From a virus: a DNA stretch of 42,263 bases. This document shows, piece by piece, positions 1 to 8,189 of this stretch. Under the pieces are notes generated by a model that was not told the DNA's origin, made no database searches, and was given only the letters and a program-made list of their open reading frames with translations. Made by a program: the position numbers and the translations under genes. Location: the IMG/VR virus record IMGVR_UViG_3300021256_000029, positions 1 through 42,263 of that record; one strand, 5' to 3'. Every line of letters starts with the position of its first letter. Position 1 is the stretch's first letter.

Positions 1-127
1 ACGCAATTTGGACAACGTGCGGGTATTGTTCAAAATCCGTGTCCCAATTCCACGAACGTTCCGGAATCCCGGTCGTTTCCGTGTCAAAAAATAATACATC
101 GTCAATTGTCATATCGTATCGCAATTT
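1..127. repeat. Exact 127-bp direct repeat of the other contig end (42137..42263); circular-assembly overlap
   Basis: Bases 1-127 are identical to 42137-42263. Both copies carry the 5' end of the DnaQ-like exonuclease gene (minus-strand ATG at 108-110 and 42246-42248). Unique genome length is about 42,136 bp. Confidence 0.95.
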
Positions 128-131
128 AGTG

Positions 132-242
132 TTACTTGGAATCAATGATGGCGCGGGTTCCGTTGGGCCTGTTCCCGTACAACGTACATCCGGAACCGGC
201 AATCGTGAAATCCACGTAATCGTTTTCGTTAATCTTTCGCAT
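132..242 (-). CDS. Hypothetical 36-aa protein (below the ORF-track cutoff)
   Basis: ATG at 240-242, 11 nt after the stop of 254..658. TAA at 132-134, 21 nt before the exonuclease ATG. Translates to MRKINENDYVDFTIAGSGCTLYGNRPNGTRAIIDSK. It fills a gap in a tightly packed operon. Confidence 0.3.
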   Translation of the reverse strand: MRKINENDYVDFTIAGSGCTLYGNRPNGTRAIIDSK

Positions 243-253
243 TTGGTTTTGTG

Positions 254-658
254 TTAAATGGTCCTTGGGTCCTCAATATACACGGAAAGGTTTTCGGCGG
301 CAAACTGTTTCAACCATTCCAAGAAATCGGAAAAGTCGGGTTTGGATATTTGCCGGGCTTCCAACAATCCGCCATAATCGTTATAACACGACCCGCATTG
401 TTGGCGCAACCACAAATCAACCTGTTTTTCGGTTTTGCGTTCGCCGGTTTCCAAAAGGGCCGTTTGGATGGTCGGGACAATGTAATTGAAATAATATGCC
501 AATTGCAATTCACTTGAACCCGGCGCGGCCGCTTCAAAACGGATAACCACGCGTTCGCCTTTGTGTTCCGCGCACCAAGCGTTTACACGGTCCATCGGAA
601 TACGCAACCGGCCATCGGTCCCAATCAATCCGGATTCGCTTATTTTTTGCGTTTTCAT
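254..658 (-). CDS. Hypothetical protein (weak NinB/Orf-like resemblance)
   Basis: 134 aa with an ATG start, 2 nt downstream of the preceding gene's stop. The C-terminal ...FSDFLEWLKQFAAENLSVYIEDP resembles the end of NinB/Orf recombination mediators only at motif level. Confidence 0.5.
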   Translation of the reverse strand: MKTQKISESGLIGTDGRLRIPMDRVNAWCAEHKGERVVIRFEAAAPGSSELQLAYYFNYIVPTIQTALLETGERKTEKQVDLWLRQQCGSCYNDYGGLLEARQISKPDFSDFLEWLKQFAAENLSVYIEDPRTI

Positions 659-660
659 CG

Positions 661-1077
661 TTAATTGGCGTTTGATTTCTTGGGGAACAATTCGGGTTCC
701 AATTCCGGGTATTCTTCAACCACGTATTGGGCCACGGTCAAATTGTACGCCTGTTGGCCGATTTGACGAATGTATTTGCGTTCGGCCGGATTCCGGGTTG
801 AACCACCGGCCACGACCTTTGCATATTCCACGGCCAAATCCTCAACGGACAAATCAACCAATTTGTCAATGACGTGGGCCGGTAATTTGTAACCCTTGGG
901 ACCGCCCAATTTGTGCATCGCTTGGTATGATGCAATGGCCGTTTTCCGGGTTTCCTTTTGTTCGGTCCAATACGCGGCCAAGTTTTCCAAGAATCGCGGC
1001 AACGCCACGACGTCGAAAATGGTTTTACCCTGTAACGCCTTGCAAGAACGAATCTTTTGTAATGTTTCCTTTTTCAT
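661..1077 (-). CDS. Hypothetical protein (138 aa)
   Basis: The track ORF 661..1116 starts at a non-ATG codon. The first ATG (1075-1077, MKKETLQKI...) lies just downstream of a hairpin at 1094-1127. Confidence 0.55.
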   Translation of the reverse strand: MKKETLQKIRSCKALQGKTIFDVVALPRFLENLAAYWTEQKETRKTAIASYQAMHKLGGPKGYKLPAHVIDKLVDLSVEDLAVEYAKVVAGGSTRNPAERKYIRQIGQQAYNLTVAQYVVEEYPELEPELFPKKSNAN

Positions 1078-1187
1078 TGTCTTTTGTATCAATAACCCGG
1101 GATTGTCCCAACCCACAACCCCGGGTTGATGTTGGTATTGTTAGAACCTTATCGAAACGACCGTATCAATATTTATTCGTGTTTATG

Positions 1188-2597
1188 TTAACGTTCCGTG
1201 TATTCTTCAACCAACATTTCGGTTTGGCCGCGTTGGACCTGTTCGATAAATCCTTGGAATCCGTTGCGTTTGGCAATGTCAATGATGGTTTCCAACCTCT
1301 TTGCACCAAGCGATTCGCCACGGGCAATTCGGAACACCTTAACGGTCGGGTTGGATGCGATAACAAGTTTGGCGGCGATTTCCATAATTTGGGAATCGGA
1401 AACTTTTCCCGGGACGAACGGAACGCCATTCAGTTCCAACCCGTCGTCCGTGAACGTCAAACCATCAATGGGTAATTTGGCCGTGGCAATCAGTTCGGCG
1501 CGTTCCTTGGCCAACGCATCAATGCGGGCGTCCATCTGTTCGGCCTTGGCCTTTACGTCGTCAAACTGTTGTTTCTTTTCTTTGTATTGCTCAACCAACG
1601 AATACTTTTTGTTATGGGCTTCCGCATTGGCCAACAGTTCCGGAACGTTGGTTTTTTCCGGGTTGTTCTGTTCATACTTGGCCAACCATTGTTCGGCGTT
1701 CGCCTTGCGGGTTTCCAAATCGGCCTTTTCGGCTTCAATGGCCGCAATATTTTCTTTCAACACGGAATCAATCTTGGTTATCGCGCCCGCCTGTTCGGCC
1801 ACGGCCTGTTCGTATGCGGCTTTCGCGGCCGCAACCTTATCGGCGTAAACCTTGCGGGTTTCGTCCGCCTTGGTCTTTTCCGCTTCAATGCGTCCGGGAA
1901 TGGCCGCAATCTGTTCGGTACGTTGCGCCAACATCGTGCGGACCGTCTTGGCCTTTTCAATCAACTTTGCGTTGGTTGACTGTTGTTCCATCAATCCGGT
2001 AACGTCAATGGGCGTGGCGTATTTCTCAATGTCGCCCGGTTCCATCCGGCCGGTAATTTGTGCAATCAGCGTGTCGAACGTCTTGACGTCACGGTTTACG
2101 CCGGTGCGTTCGGTTTTCAGTCCGGAAACCTCAACGTCAATTGCTTCGATACGTTCACGGACGGCCGGGGCCAACAGGGATTTAACAACGGCAATTTGCT
2201 TGCGGCGGCCATCGGCGGTTTCGGACCAACGGGAAAATTCCACGGCGTCGAAATCTTGGTATCCGAATATGCGTTGCAACATCGAAACGTTGTTGGTCGC
2301 CATACCGGTTGATTTCTGTTTGATGGTCAAAGTTCCACGGGGGTTGTTTTCCGTGAATGACAAAGAAACGTCAAATTCTTCGCCGTCGTCCCCGACAACC
2401 ATTTTGGCAAAGCCCTTGGACGCGCCGTTACGTAACACGTCGTCACGTTCGCCGGTCAATAATGCGCCAATGGCCTTTAACAACGTGGATTTACCCAATT
2501 CGTTGTCGCCCGTAACAAAATAGACATTGCCGGTAAATTCGGCGGAAAACTGTTCGATTACTTGAAAATTCAGTAATTCCAACTTTTTAATGTACAT
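1188..2597 (-). CDS. Rad50/SbcC-like SMC-family ATPase (469 aa)
   Basis: Walker A GDNELGKST at aa 30-38, then about 300 aa of coiled-coil-like KAE-rich sequence. The C-terminus has signature/Walker-B-like VSDSQ...VKVFRIARGESL. The ATG is embedded in the conserved GCGATACGATG motif. Confidence 0.7.
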   Translation of the reverse strand: MYIKKLELLNFQVIEQFSAEFTGNVYFVTGDNELGKSTLLKAIGALLTGERDDVLRNGASKGFAKMVVGDDGEEFDVSLSFTENNPRGTLTIKQKSTGMATNNVSMLQRIFGYQDFDAVEFSRWSETADGRRKQIAVVKSLLAPAVRERIEAIDVEVSGLKTERTGVNRDVKTFDTLIAQITGRMEPGDIEKYATPIDVTGLMEQQSTNAKLIEKAKTVRTMLAQRTEQIAAIPGRIEAEKTKADETRKVYADKVAAAKAAYEQAVAEQAGAITKIDSVLKENIAAIEAEKADLETRKANAEQWLAKYEQNNPEKTNVPELLANAEAHNKKYSLVEQYKEKKQQFDDVKAKAEQMDARIDALAKERAELIATAKLPIDGLTFTDDGLELNGVPFVPGKVSDSQIMEIAAKLVIASNPTVKVFRIARGESLGAKRLETIIDIAKRNGFQGFIEQVQRGQTEMLVEEYTER

Positions 2598-2644
2598 CGT
2601 ATCGCAATTTTTATTGGTCCGGCCGGAACCGGACCCGGGTTTAA

Positions 2645-3097
2645 CTATAACTTAAAATTGGCCATATCAAAGTAACCAACAATGGCCGATTTGCCGCAAT
2701 TCCACGCGTCCAAAATGACGCCATCCACACACGCGGTTTCGTGTCCCGCAACAGTAACAACGAATCGTCCGGCCGGGTGCGTTTCCGCAAATTCCAACAC
2801 GGTCATTCGCTTTTTACCCTTGACCGCCGGGCAATGGGTCCATTTCGCGCCGCCCTCAATCAACCATTTGCGGAATCCGGGGCCATCTTCCGGTAAGGAA
2901 TAATCGGCCCGTGCCTTTGCGGTCAAGAAATCAAACGATTCCAACCACGTACACGAAATTGCGTTGGCCAATGCGCGTACCGTGCAATCGGCAACATCCC
3001 ATTTGAAACCACGTTTTAACGCCCAACGCGGGTTCGGGTTTTCAATCCGGAAATGTGGACCGGATTTGTAACAACGTTCGAATGTTTGTGCATCCAT
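2645..3097 (-). CDS. Hypothetical protein, possible papain-like cysteine peptidase (150 aa)
   Basis: The track ORF 2645..3193 runs through tRNA-Leu. The first ATG clear of the tRNA is 3095-3097 (MDAQTFERCY...). Candidate Cys (VADCTVRALANA) and His (AGHETACVDG) motifs are present. Confidence 0.4.
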   Translation of the reverse strand: MDAQTFERCYKSGPHFRIENPNPRWALKRGFKWDVADCTVRALANAISCTWLESFDFLTAKARADYSLPEDGPGFRKWLIEGGAKWTHCPAVKGKKRMTVLEFAETHPAGRFVVTVAGHETACVDGVILDAWNCGKSAIVGYFDMANFKL

Positions 3098-3139
3098 AAA
3101 ACAATGTGTTAAGTTCCCGGGAAAACGCCCGGTCGTCTG

Positions 3140-3220
3140 TACCCCCGGCCGGAATCGAACCGGCACGCCATACGGCAATTGATTTTGAGCCAATCGCGGC
3201 TACCATTACGCCACGGGGGT
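3140..3220 (-). tRNA. tRNA-Leu: tRNA-Leu, anticodon CAA (reads TTG), type II with long variable arm
   Basis: The minus strand reads ACCCCCG-TG-GCGTAATGGTAGCCGCG-ATTGG-CTCAAAA-TCAAT-TGCCGTATGGCGT-GCCGG-TTCGATT-CCGGC-CGGGGGT-A. It has a 7-bp acceptor stem, a GG D-loop, a TTCGATT T-loop, a 13-nt variable arm and anticodon loop CU-CAA-AA. Confidence 0.85.
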
Positions 3221-3229
3221 ATGTCTTTG

Positions 3230-3300
3230 TTGCGCCGCCCCGATTCGAACGGGGAATACAAGTGCCAAAAACTTGGGTGTTACCATTACACCACGGCGCA
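3230..3300 (-). tRNA. tRNA-Gln: tRNA-Gln, anticodon TTG (reads CAA)
   Basis: The minus strand reads TGCGCCG-TG-GTGT-AATGGTA-ACAC-C-CAAGT-TTTTGGC-ACTTG-TATT-CCCCG-TTCGAAT-CGGGG-CGGCGCA-A (71 nt). The cloverleaf is canonical, with the U1:A72 pair typical of bacterial tRNA-Gln. Confidence 0.85.
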
Positions 3301-3306
3301 ATTCCA

Positions 3307-3495
3307 TTATCTTGAAATGGCGGACGCCGGAACACAAATCATTGTCCAAACTTTTCCGTCCTTTACATAATCAATTTCGTATTCATCTTTGAACGTGCAA
3401 AAGTTCACGTCGCAACGAACAATCGTGCCATTGATTTTGTTTCCGTCTTTCATCGTAACAACGACGTTTTCGCCTTTCGTAAATTCCTGTTTCAT
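3307..3495 (-). CDS. Hypothetical protein (62 aa), first gene of early operon 1
   Basis: ATG at 3493-3495 directly after early cassette 1. The stop lies 6 nt before tRNA-Gln. Confidence 0.6.
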   Translation of the reverse strand: MKQEFTKGENVVVTMKDGNKINGTIVRCDVNFCTFKDEYEIDYVKDGKVWTMICVPASAISR

Positions 3496-3586
3496 TGTCT
3501 TAACTCTTTAACCGGGAACCGGCCCGGGCCGTCGGAACAATCATCGTTCCGGGTACAAATGTAAGGATATTTTTTTAATTACCAAA
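3496..3586 (-). promoter_or_regulatory. Early promoter-leader cassette 1 (Bacteroidota sigma-A type promoter plus two-hairpin leader)
   Basis: Read on the minus strand:
- -33 TTTG at 3583-3586, a 19-nt spacer, then -7 TACATTTG at 3556-3563.
- Hairpin 1 GGAAC-GATGATT-GTTCC at 3534-3550.
- Hairpin 2 CCGGG-CCGGTT-CCCGG at 3512-3527, inside a 21-nt block identical in cassettes 1, 3 and 4.
- An A-rich leader, then ATG at 3495. Confidence 0.75.
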
Positions 3587-3605
3587 AGAAATACACAAAT
3601 TTTTA

Positions 3606-3806
3606 TCAAAAAAGTTTGGACCGGTCCACAATCCCGGGATTCCAACAGACGGAACCGGCGGCCAACGCCTGTTCAAACGCGGCGTCCGTGGCGGCGTGGC
3701 GGCCCAATTCGAACCAATGTTTGTATTTGGCCCGCTTAACCATTATACGGCAAATGCCGTTCGGGTCCCGGACAATGTGGGCGTCAACCTTTGTTTCCAT
3801 CGTCAT
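3606..3806 (-). CDS. Hypothetical protein (66 aa)
   Basis: The track ORF 3606..3875 overlaps the upstream gene. The ATG at 3804-3806 (MTMETKVDAH...) lies 10 nt after the upstream stop at 3817. Confidence 0.55.
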   Translation of the reverse strand: MTMETKVDAHIVRDPNGICRIMVKRAKYKHWFELGRHAATDAAFEQALAAGSVCWNPGIVDRSKLF

Positions 3807-3816
3807 TGTTCTTTGT

Positions 3817-4104
3817 TTAATCGCCGCCGGTTTCCTTATCCATCCGGCGCAACAACCGGCGTTGTTTCCGGTCATACTCTTTCATACAGGCATCCAACCC
3901 GTAAATAATCATCAATTGGCGAATCATCAAATGAACATCCGCGATTTCGGTAATAACCTTTTCCGGGGTTGTCCGGCCATCCTGTTCCCGTTCCAATTCG
4001 GTTATCAATTCGCCCATTTCTTCAATGGCCTTTCGCTTTTGGTGTTCCGCGCCGTAATGATGGACGGCCAACAACGGAACGGTCAACGGCTTTAACTCTT
4101 TCAT
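3817..4104 (-). CDS. MazG-like nucleotide pyrophosphohydrolase (95 aa)
   Basis: Small all-helical protein with EEMGELITELERE ... EIADVHLMIRQL, which matches the EExxE...ExxD metal-binding pattern of the MazG family. ATGA overlap with the upstream gene. Confidence 0.6.
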   Translation of the reverse strand: MKELKPLTVPLLAVHHYGAEHQKRKAIEEMGELITELEREQDGRTTPEKVITEIADVHLMIRQLMIIYGLDACMKEYDRKQRRLLRRMDKETGGD

Positions 4105-4280
4105 TGCTTCAATGCCAAATCCGGGTTATAATGATACCTTTTGCACGTTTCGTTTGGTCCACGTTTTGCGAAATTACGGGATGCGTGGCAATACGATTCG
4201 GGTTCAAAATTCCCGGTCTTTTCGTTGTACAATTGACCGGCAACGCGCCAATGGCGGCAATTCTTACATATCGGTTCCAT
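4101..4280 (-). CDS. Hypothetical Cys-rich (zinc-ribbon-like) protein, 59 aa (below track cutoff)
   Basis: Translated by hand: MEPICKNCRHWRVAGQLYNEKTGNFEPESYCHASRNFAKRGPNETCKRYHYNPDLALKQ. The ATG (4278-4280) follows the upstream TGA by 1 nt, and the stop overlaps the MazG ATG (ATGA). Confidence 0.6.
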   Translation of the reverse strand: MEPICKNCRHWRVAGQLYNEKTGNFEPESYCHASRNFAKRGPNETCKRYHYNPDLALKQ

Positions 4281-4281
4281 A

Positions 4282-4497
4282 TCAAAACAACCTTGGTGTT
4301 GGGTCCAACAAATGGGCGTTCAATGCGTCCAATTCCTTTTCCATCTGTTGCGCAATGTGCAACGCGTCAATATTACGCAACCGGAACCATCGGTTTTGAT
4401 TGTGGCGCAACGTGGCCACGAACCGGACATATTCGGCCGCCTGTTCCGGCGTTATTTTTTGCAAATTTTCGATTTGCGGGCATTTTAATTCTTCCAC
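4282..4497 (-). CDS. Hypothetical protein (71 aa, GTG start)
   Basis: The only in-frame start near the 5' end is GTG at 4495-4497. It lies 10 nt after the upstream stop. Confidence 0.5.
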   Translation of the reverse strand: MEELKCPQIENLQKITPEQAAEYVRFVATLRHNQNRWFRLRNIDALHIAQQMEKELDALNAHLLDPTPRLF

Positions 4498-4507
4498 GGG
4501 TAATTTA

Positions 4508-4792
4508 TCATTTTTTGTTTTTAATTCGTTTTACGGGCTTTTTTGTGGCCTTTCCGGGCGGGCGTCCTCTTTTACGCTTGGGTTGTGCGATTTCCGGGGC
4601 TTTCCGTGCGATTTTGGCCGATTTCTGTTCGATTTCGGCCGGTTTTTGTTCGATTGGATGGTTGCACCAAAAGAACGTCCCGGTTCCGGTCCTGTAAAAC
4701 CATTGGCATTTGCGGCAAATTGGCGAATCAATTTCGCATCCTTTGCCGAACGGGCAACCGCCGCCCATCAGCGTAAAAACCTTTGTTGGCAT
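4508..4792 (-). CDS. Cys-rich protein with AT-hook-like basic tail (94 aa)
   Basis: Two CxxC-type pairs (CPFGKGC...CRKC...C) are followed by a PAEI/SAEI/APEI repeat. The tail KRKRGRPPGKATKK has a GRP AT-hook core. Confidence 0.55.
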   Translation of the reverse strand: MPTKVFTLMGGGCPFGKGCEIDSPICRKCQWFYRTGTGTFFWCNHPIEQKPAEIEQKSAKIARKAPEIAQPKRKRGRPPGKATKKPVKRIKNKK

Positions 4793-4793
4793 A

Positions 4794-4967
4794 TCATTTC
4801 AAAATTGCGTTCAACTGTTCAATCGTCGTTACCTTTTCCGGCCATTCGTGCCAACCCACAATCAACGTCCCGTCCGGCTTCCATCCAATGCGCGGGTTAC
4901 TGAATCGAACCATTATCCCGGAACGTTCAACCCATCCTTGGGCCAACAGGTATTCACGCGTTATCAT
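4794..4967 (-). CDS. Hypothetical protein (57 aa)
   Basis: The track ORF 4794..5024 has a non-ATG start inside the HNH gene. The ATG at 4965-4967 (MITREYLL...) forms an ATGA overlap with the HNH stop. Confidence 0.5.
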   Translation of the reverse strand: MITREYLLAQGWVERSGIMVRFSNPRIGWKPDGTLIVGWHEWPEKVTTIEQLNAILK

Positions 4968-5443
4968 TCGCCAAGAAAAGTAAAGTGAAAACCTTTGTGT
5001 GCGGGCAATTCGCCACGGCAACATTTGGCAATGTGGGATGTGTCCAAATTCATTTTACGGGCCGCATCGGCGCAAGAATCAAACGTTTTCCCGGTTTCAA
5101 AGCAATATACGGGTTTTCCACGTTTTGCCGAACGTCGTTCAATACAAGAACCAAAATTGATGTTGTATTTTGCCGTACACCATTCCAAATTTTCGGCCCG
5201 GTTGTCCGTCTTGATTTCGTTTTTATGGTTGATTTGTGGCAACCCGTCCGGATTCGGAACAAATGCCAATGCAACCAACCGATGTATTTTGTAACGCTTG
5301 CGTTCAATACAAACTTGGTAATAACCCGTTTTTGTCTTTTCCGGCCTGTAAACACGAAACCCGTGTTTCAAAGTTGCGACACGGCCTTGGTCACTAACTT
5401 GGTAATAACCGGGCAAACCGGGTATTTCTTTCCACGTTTCCAT
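4964..5443 (-). CDS. HNH homing endonuclease (NUMOD4 + HNH + C-terminal HTH), 159 aa
   Basis: METWKEIPGLPGYYQVSDQGRV matches the NUMOD4 pattern. INHKNEIKTDNRAENLEW is an HNH_3 motif. FDSCADAARKMNLDTSHIAKCCRG looks like an IENR1/NUMOD1 HTH. The ATG at 5441-5443 follows the RuvC-like stop by 1 nt. Confidence 0.85.
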   Translation of the reverse strand: METWKEIPGLPGYYQVSDQGRVATLKHGFRVYRPEKTKTGYYQVCIERKRYKIHRLVALAFVPNPDGLPQINHKNEIKTDNRAENLEWCTAKYNINFGSCIERRSAKRGKPVYCFETGKTFDSCADAARKMNLDTSHIAKCCRGELPAHKGFHFTFLGE

Positions 5444-5444
5444 A

Positions 5445-6005
5445 TTAGAACAATTTTGCATATTCCCGGGCGGGCAAATTGCTTTTAACCCAATTGGGTT
5501 CATTGACCAACGCCCAACGTCCAAAGTGCATTATTAAAAGCGCATCAGCGTTCCACAATGTTACCTTAACGCCCGGGTAAAGTTTTGCGGCGTGTTCTTG
5601 GTAACGCTTTTTTCGGTCGGCCTTTTCTTCGTGGACGCCGCGAACGCGCAATTTCAACTTGGTTTGCCAACTTGCGGGATGGACCATTACATACGGAATC
5701 CCGGCGGTTTCGGCCAACGCTTTCAAGTGTTCAAAATTGGCCATCAACTTTTGAATCCTGTACATCTTTCCCATTGCGGCCCGTTCGCCCTGTACCATTA
5801 CGTCGTCCGGGCGGACCGACAATTTTTCCAAAAACACAATGGGTTTGTAATTCTCAACGTAATACGCAAAGAAATCCCGCAATTCGGTAATGTCCTTTGG
5901 CATTTTGGCAACCTTGGGATTTTGGCCGGGAATGAATATGGCAATGCCGCCATTGGCCCCGGGGTCAATCCCTATTACGCAATTTATTTTAATCTTTGCA
6001 TCCAT
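5445..6005 (-). CDS. RuvC-like Holliday junction resolvase (186 aa)
   Basis: Catalytic acidic motifs lie in the RuvC order: IGIDPGANGG, FLEK and NADALLI. Confidence 0.75.
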   Translation of the reverse strand: MDAKIKINCVIGIDPGANGGIAIFIPGQNPKVAKMPKDITELRDFFAYYVENYKPIVFLEKLSVRPDDVMVQGERAAMGKMYRIQKLMANFEHLKALAETAGIPYVMVHPASWQTKLKLRVRGVHEEKADRKKRYQEHAAKLYPGVKVTLWNADALLIMHFGRWALVNEPNWVKSNLPAREYAKLF

Positions 6006-6177
6006 CGTTTATTTCGTATTCTATAATAAATTCGGAACCGTTCGCAATGTTTTCAATATCTTTGGCCATTACTTTCACAATTTCAATGGCTTTTTTGAAA
6101 ACGAATAATTTGCCGTCTTTCTTTTTGCAAATATAACCGTTACACGCTTTTGTTATTATCAATTTATTCTTTTCCAT
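5989..6177 (-). CDS. Hypothetical protein (62 aa)
   Basis: ATG at 6175-6177 (MEKNKLIITK...) forms a TAATG overlap with the upstream stop. The longer track ORF start is non-ATG. Confidence 0.5.
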   Translation of the reverse strand: MEKNKLIITKACNGYICKKKDGKLFVFKKAIEIVKVMAKDIENIANGSEFIIEYEINDGCKD

Positions 6178-6398
6178 TACTTTCCACTTTTCAAAACCAC
6201 GAAACAATCCGTTTTCCTGTATTGGCGCGTCCACACGGTCAATTCGCCGTCGGGCGTATCAAATGTTGTCGCCCAACAATAATACATTTTCCCGTTTTCG
6301 CCCTTTGATATTTTGCCATCGGCGAAAACCCGGACAACGCAAGACAACGCAATTTCGGGTTTAATGTCGTCCCGTATTTCGATATGTATTTTCCCCAT
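6177..6398 (-). CDS. Hypothetical protein (73 aa)
   Basis: ATG start with a TGATG overlap to the upstream gene. Confidence 0.55.
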   Translation of the reverse strand: MGKIHIEIRDDIKPEIALSCVVRVFADGKISKGENGKMYYCWATTFDTPDGELTVWTRQYRKTDCFVVLKSGK

Positions 6399-7288
6399 CA
6401 GTCTAATTTGATATAATCCGTTATATTGATTCCATCGGCAACCATCTTGGCAAATGCGGCTTTCAACGCCTTTTTCCGGGCAATAGAAAACGCCCCGTGT
6501 TGCAATTCCGGCGCATCCGGTCCGGCCTGTTCCAATCGGCGCATATCGCCAACCATCCCACGGCGGGCCAATTGGTTAATCGTGCGTTGCAATATTTGCT
6601 TTTGTTCGTCAATAGTAACCACGATTTCCGGAGCCAATCCCGCATCCGTCAAAAGTTCGTAATATAACATTTCCCCAATCGGCGAAATATCCGGCATATA
6701 TCCGTTGGCCTTGAATTGTTCGAACGCGTTGATGCAATCTTGTTTTGTCCGGTTCCGCAATTCTTTGGCCTGTTCCGGGGTAATGGGCTTTTCCGGTTCC
6801 GGCGGCATTGCGTCGTTGGCCTTTTTCAAGACGGCCGCCCGTCTGTATTTGTATGCGTTCAATATCTTGCACACGTATTCGGCGTTGAATTGTTGGTAAT
6901 GGCCCCGGTCGGCTTGGCCGTCCCGGCCCTTGGGTAAATAATCGTCCAATTCCCCGGTAATGCTCATTTCAAAGGCCATTTTGAAATCCCGCATTGTCAA
7001 TCCGTCGTAATACCGTTTCAGTATTTCGGCAACGCGGACAACCAAATAACCGCGTTCGGATTCATCGGTTGCACGGTATCCCACATCCTTGGCAATCCAT
7101 TTCAACGCCTTGGCCAATTCAATGGACAATTCGTTGGCGTCGTATTCGGCAATGGTTTTGTCCGTGGATGCAAGAAACACGGAACGTTCGACCGGTCCCA
7201 ACGCATCCATTACGGCGGGAATCTTGGCCATTTCACGGCGGACAACAACCGCCGATTTGGGCTTGTATATTGTTACGCCTGTTTCCAT
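6398..7288 (-). CDS. Hypothetical protein (296 aa), replication-module associated
   Basis: ATG start 1 nt after the upstream stop. I recognised no diagnostic motif. It sits directly downstream of the putative initiator. Confidence 0.6.
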   Translation of the reverse strand: METGVTIYKPKSAVVVRREMAKIPAVMDALGPVERSVFLASTDKTIAEYDANELSIELAKALKWIAKDVGYRATDESERGYLVVRVAEILKRYYDGLTMRDFKMAFEMSITGELDDYLPKGRDGQADRGHYQQFNAEYVCKILNAYKYRRAAVLKKANDAMPPEPEKPITPEQAKELRNRTKQDCINAFEQFKANGYMPDISPIGEMLYYELLTDAGLAPEIVVTIDEQKQILQRTINQLARRGMVGDMRRLEQAGPDAPELQHGAFSIARKKALKAAFAKMVADGINITDYIKLD

Positions 7289-7289
7289 A

Positions 7290-8081
7290 TTATCGCGCCA
7301 TATCTTTCAAATATTCGATTGCATCCGGGGACAATGCGCCGCCGGGGTTCAACCGGTGCAATTTGCCCTTTTCCATATCGCCACGAATAAAGTTCCGGGC
7401 CGTCGCAATCCAATCTTTCATCTTTTTGCCCTTTTGGGCGGACCAATCGGCGACGGCGTGGTAATAATACACAATATCCACGTCGGCAAATTCCGGGGCC
7501 GTAAATTCGGCGGAAAATGCGTTGTAATCAGCGAACCGGGAATTTTCAAACAGACACGCGGCCGGTTCGGCGGTCCGGCGGGGCCGGGTTACTGTAATAG
7601 GAACAAAACCGGGGTCGGCCGGGAATAAACCGCCGTCGGCGGCTTTGTCTTTAATGCTTGAATCGGTAATGTTATAGTCTTTATTAACGCGGTCCGTTTT
7701 CGGACCAATTGCCGGTCCGTTTTCGGTCTGTTCTTGGTCCGTTTTCGGACTGTTAGACCGGATTTGTTCTTTTTCCTTTCCCCAATCGGCGCAACGGTTC
7801 GTGAACCGAACATATTTAACGCGTCCCAACTTGGTTAATTCAACAAATCCCATATCGGCCAATTCCGTAATGTTCTTGTAACAACGTTTGGCAACGCCGA
7901 ACAATAACGGGAAATCGTCGGCCATCTTTTCGTCCGAATATTGATACCAAACGAATCCATCAATGGCAACAGTCTTTGACCATATCGGCAACGTCATAAA
8001 CGCGGCCAACGTCGAAACCTGTACCAACGACAAATCGTTGACAATGGCAAATTCTTGGTCAATATTCAATGTGTACGTCAT
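7290..8081 (-). CDS. Putative winged-helix DNA-binding / replication initiator-like protein (263 aa)
   Basis: The track ORF starts at TTG 8192, inside a promoter. The first ATG is 8079-8081 (MTYTLNIDQEF...). The N-terminus has a wHTH-like segment (KNITELADMGFVELTKLGRVKYVRFT), followed by a low-complexity linker and a basic C-terminal domain. Confidence 0.4.
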   Translation of the reverse strand: MTYTLNIDQEFAIVNDLSLVQVSTLAAFMTLPIWSKTVAIDGFVWYQYSDEKMADDFPLLFGVAKRCYKNITELADMGFVELTKLGRVKYVRFTNRCADWGKEKEQIRSNSPKTDQEQTENGPAIGPKTDRVNKDYNITDSSIKDKAADGGLFPADPGFVPITVTRPRRTAEPAACLFENSRFADYNAFSAEFTAPEFADVDIVYYYHAVADWSAQKGKKMKDWIATARNFIRGDMEKGKLHRLNPGGALSPDAIEYLKDMAR

Positions 8082-8189
8082 AATCAAAAAAATTCCCGGC
8101 ATTTGGGCCACGACGCACCAAACACCGGGAATACTCGCAAAGGGTAGCGATAATTTCCAACCGTTGGTCGTGGGCAACGTTATTTGATG

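Noticed and set aside
3140-3300. Possibility that the phage tRNAs are suppressors signalling stop-codon recoding, as in some Bacteroidota phages.
   Set aside because: The anticodons read CAA (Leu) and TTG (Gln), not CTA, TCA or TTA. The large genes (terL, portal, tape measure, capsid, fibre) are uninterrupted under the standard code.
3042-3335. ORFs 3042..3335(-), 3106..3315(+) and 3179..3370(+), plus the 5' part of 2645..3193(-).
   Set aside because: They run straight through the two tRNA genes. The tRNA cloverleaves are much better supported.
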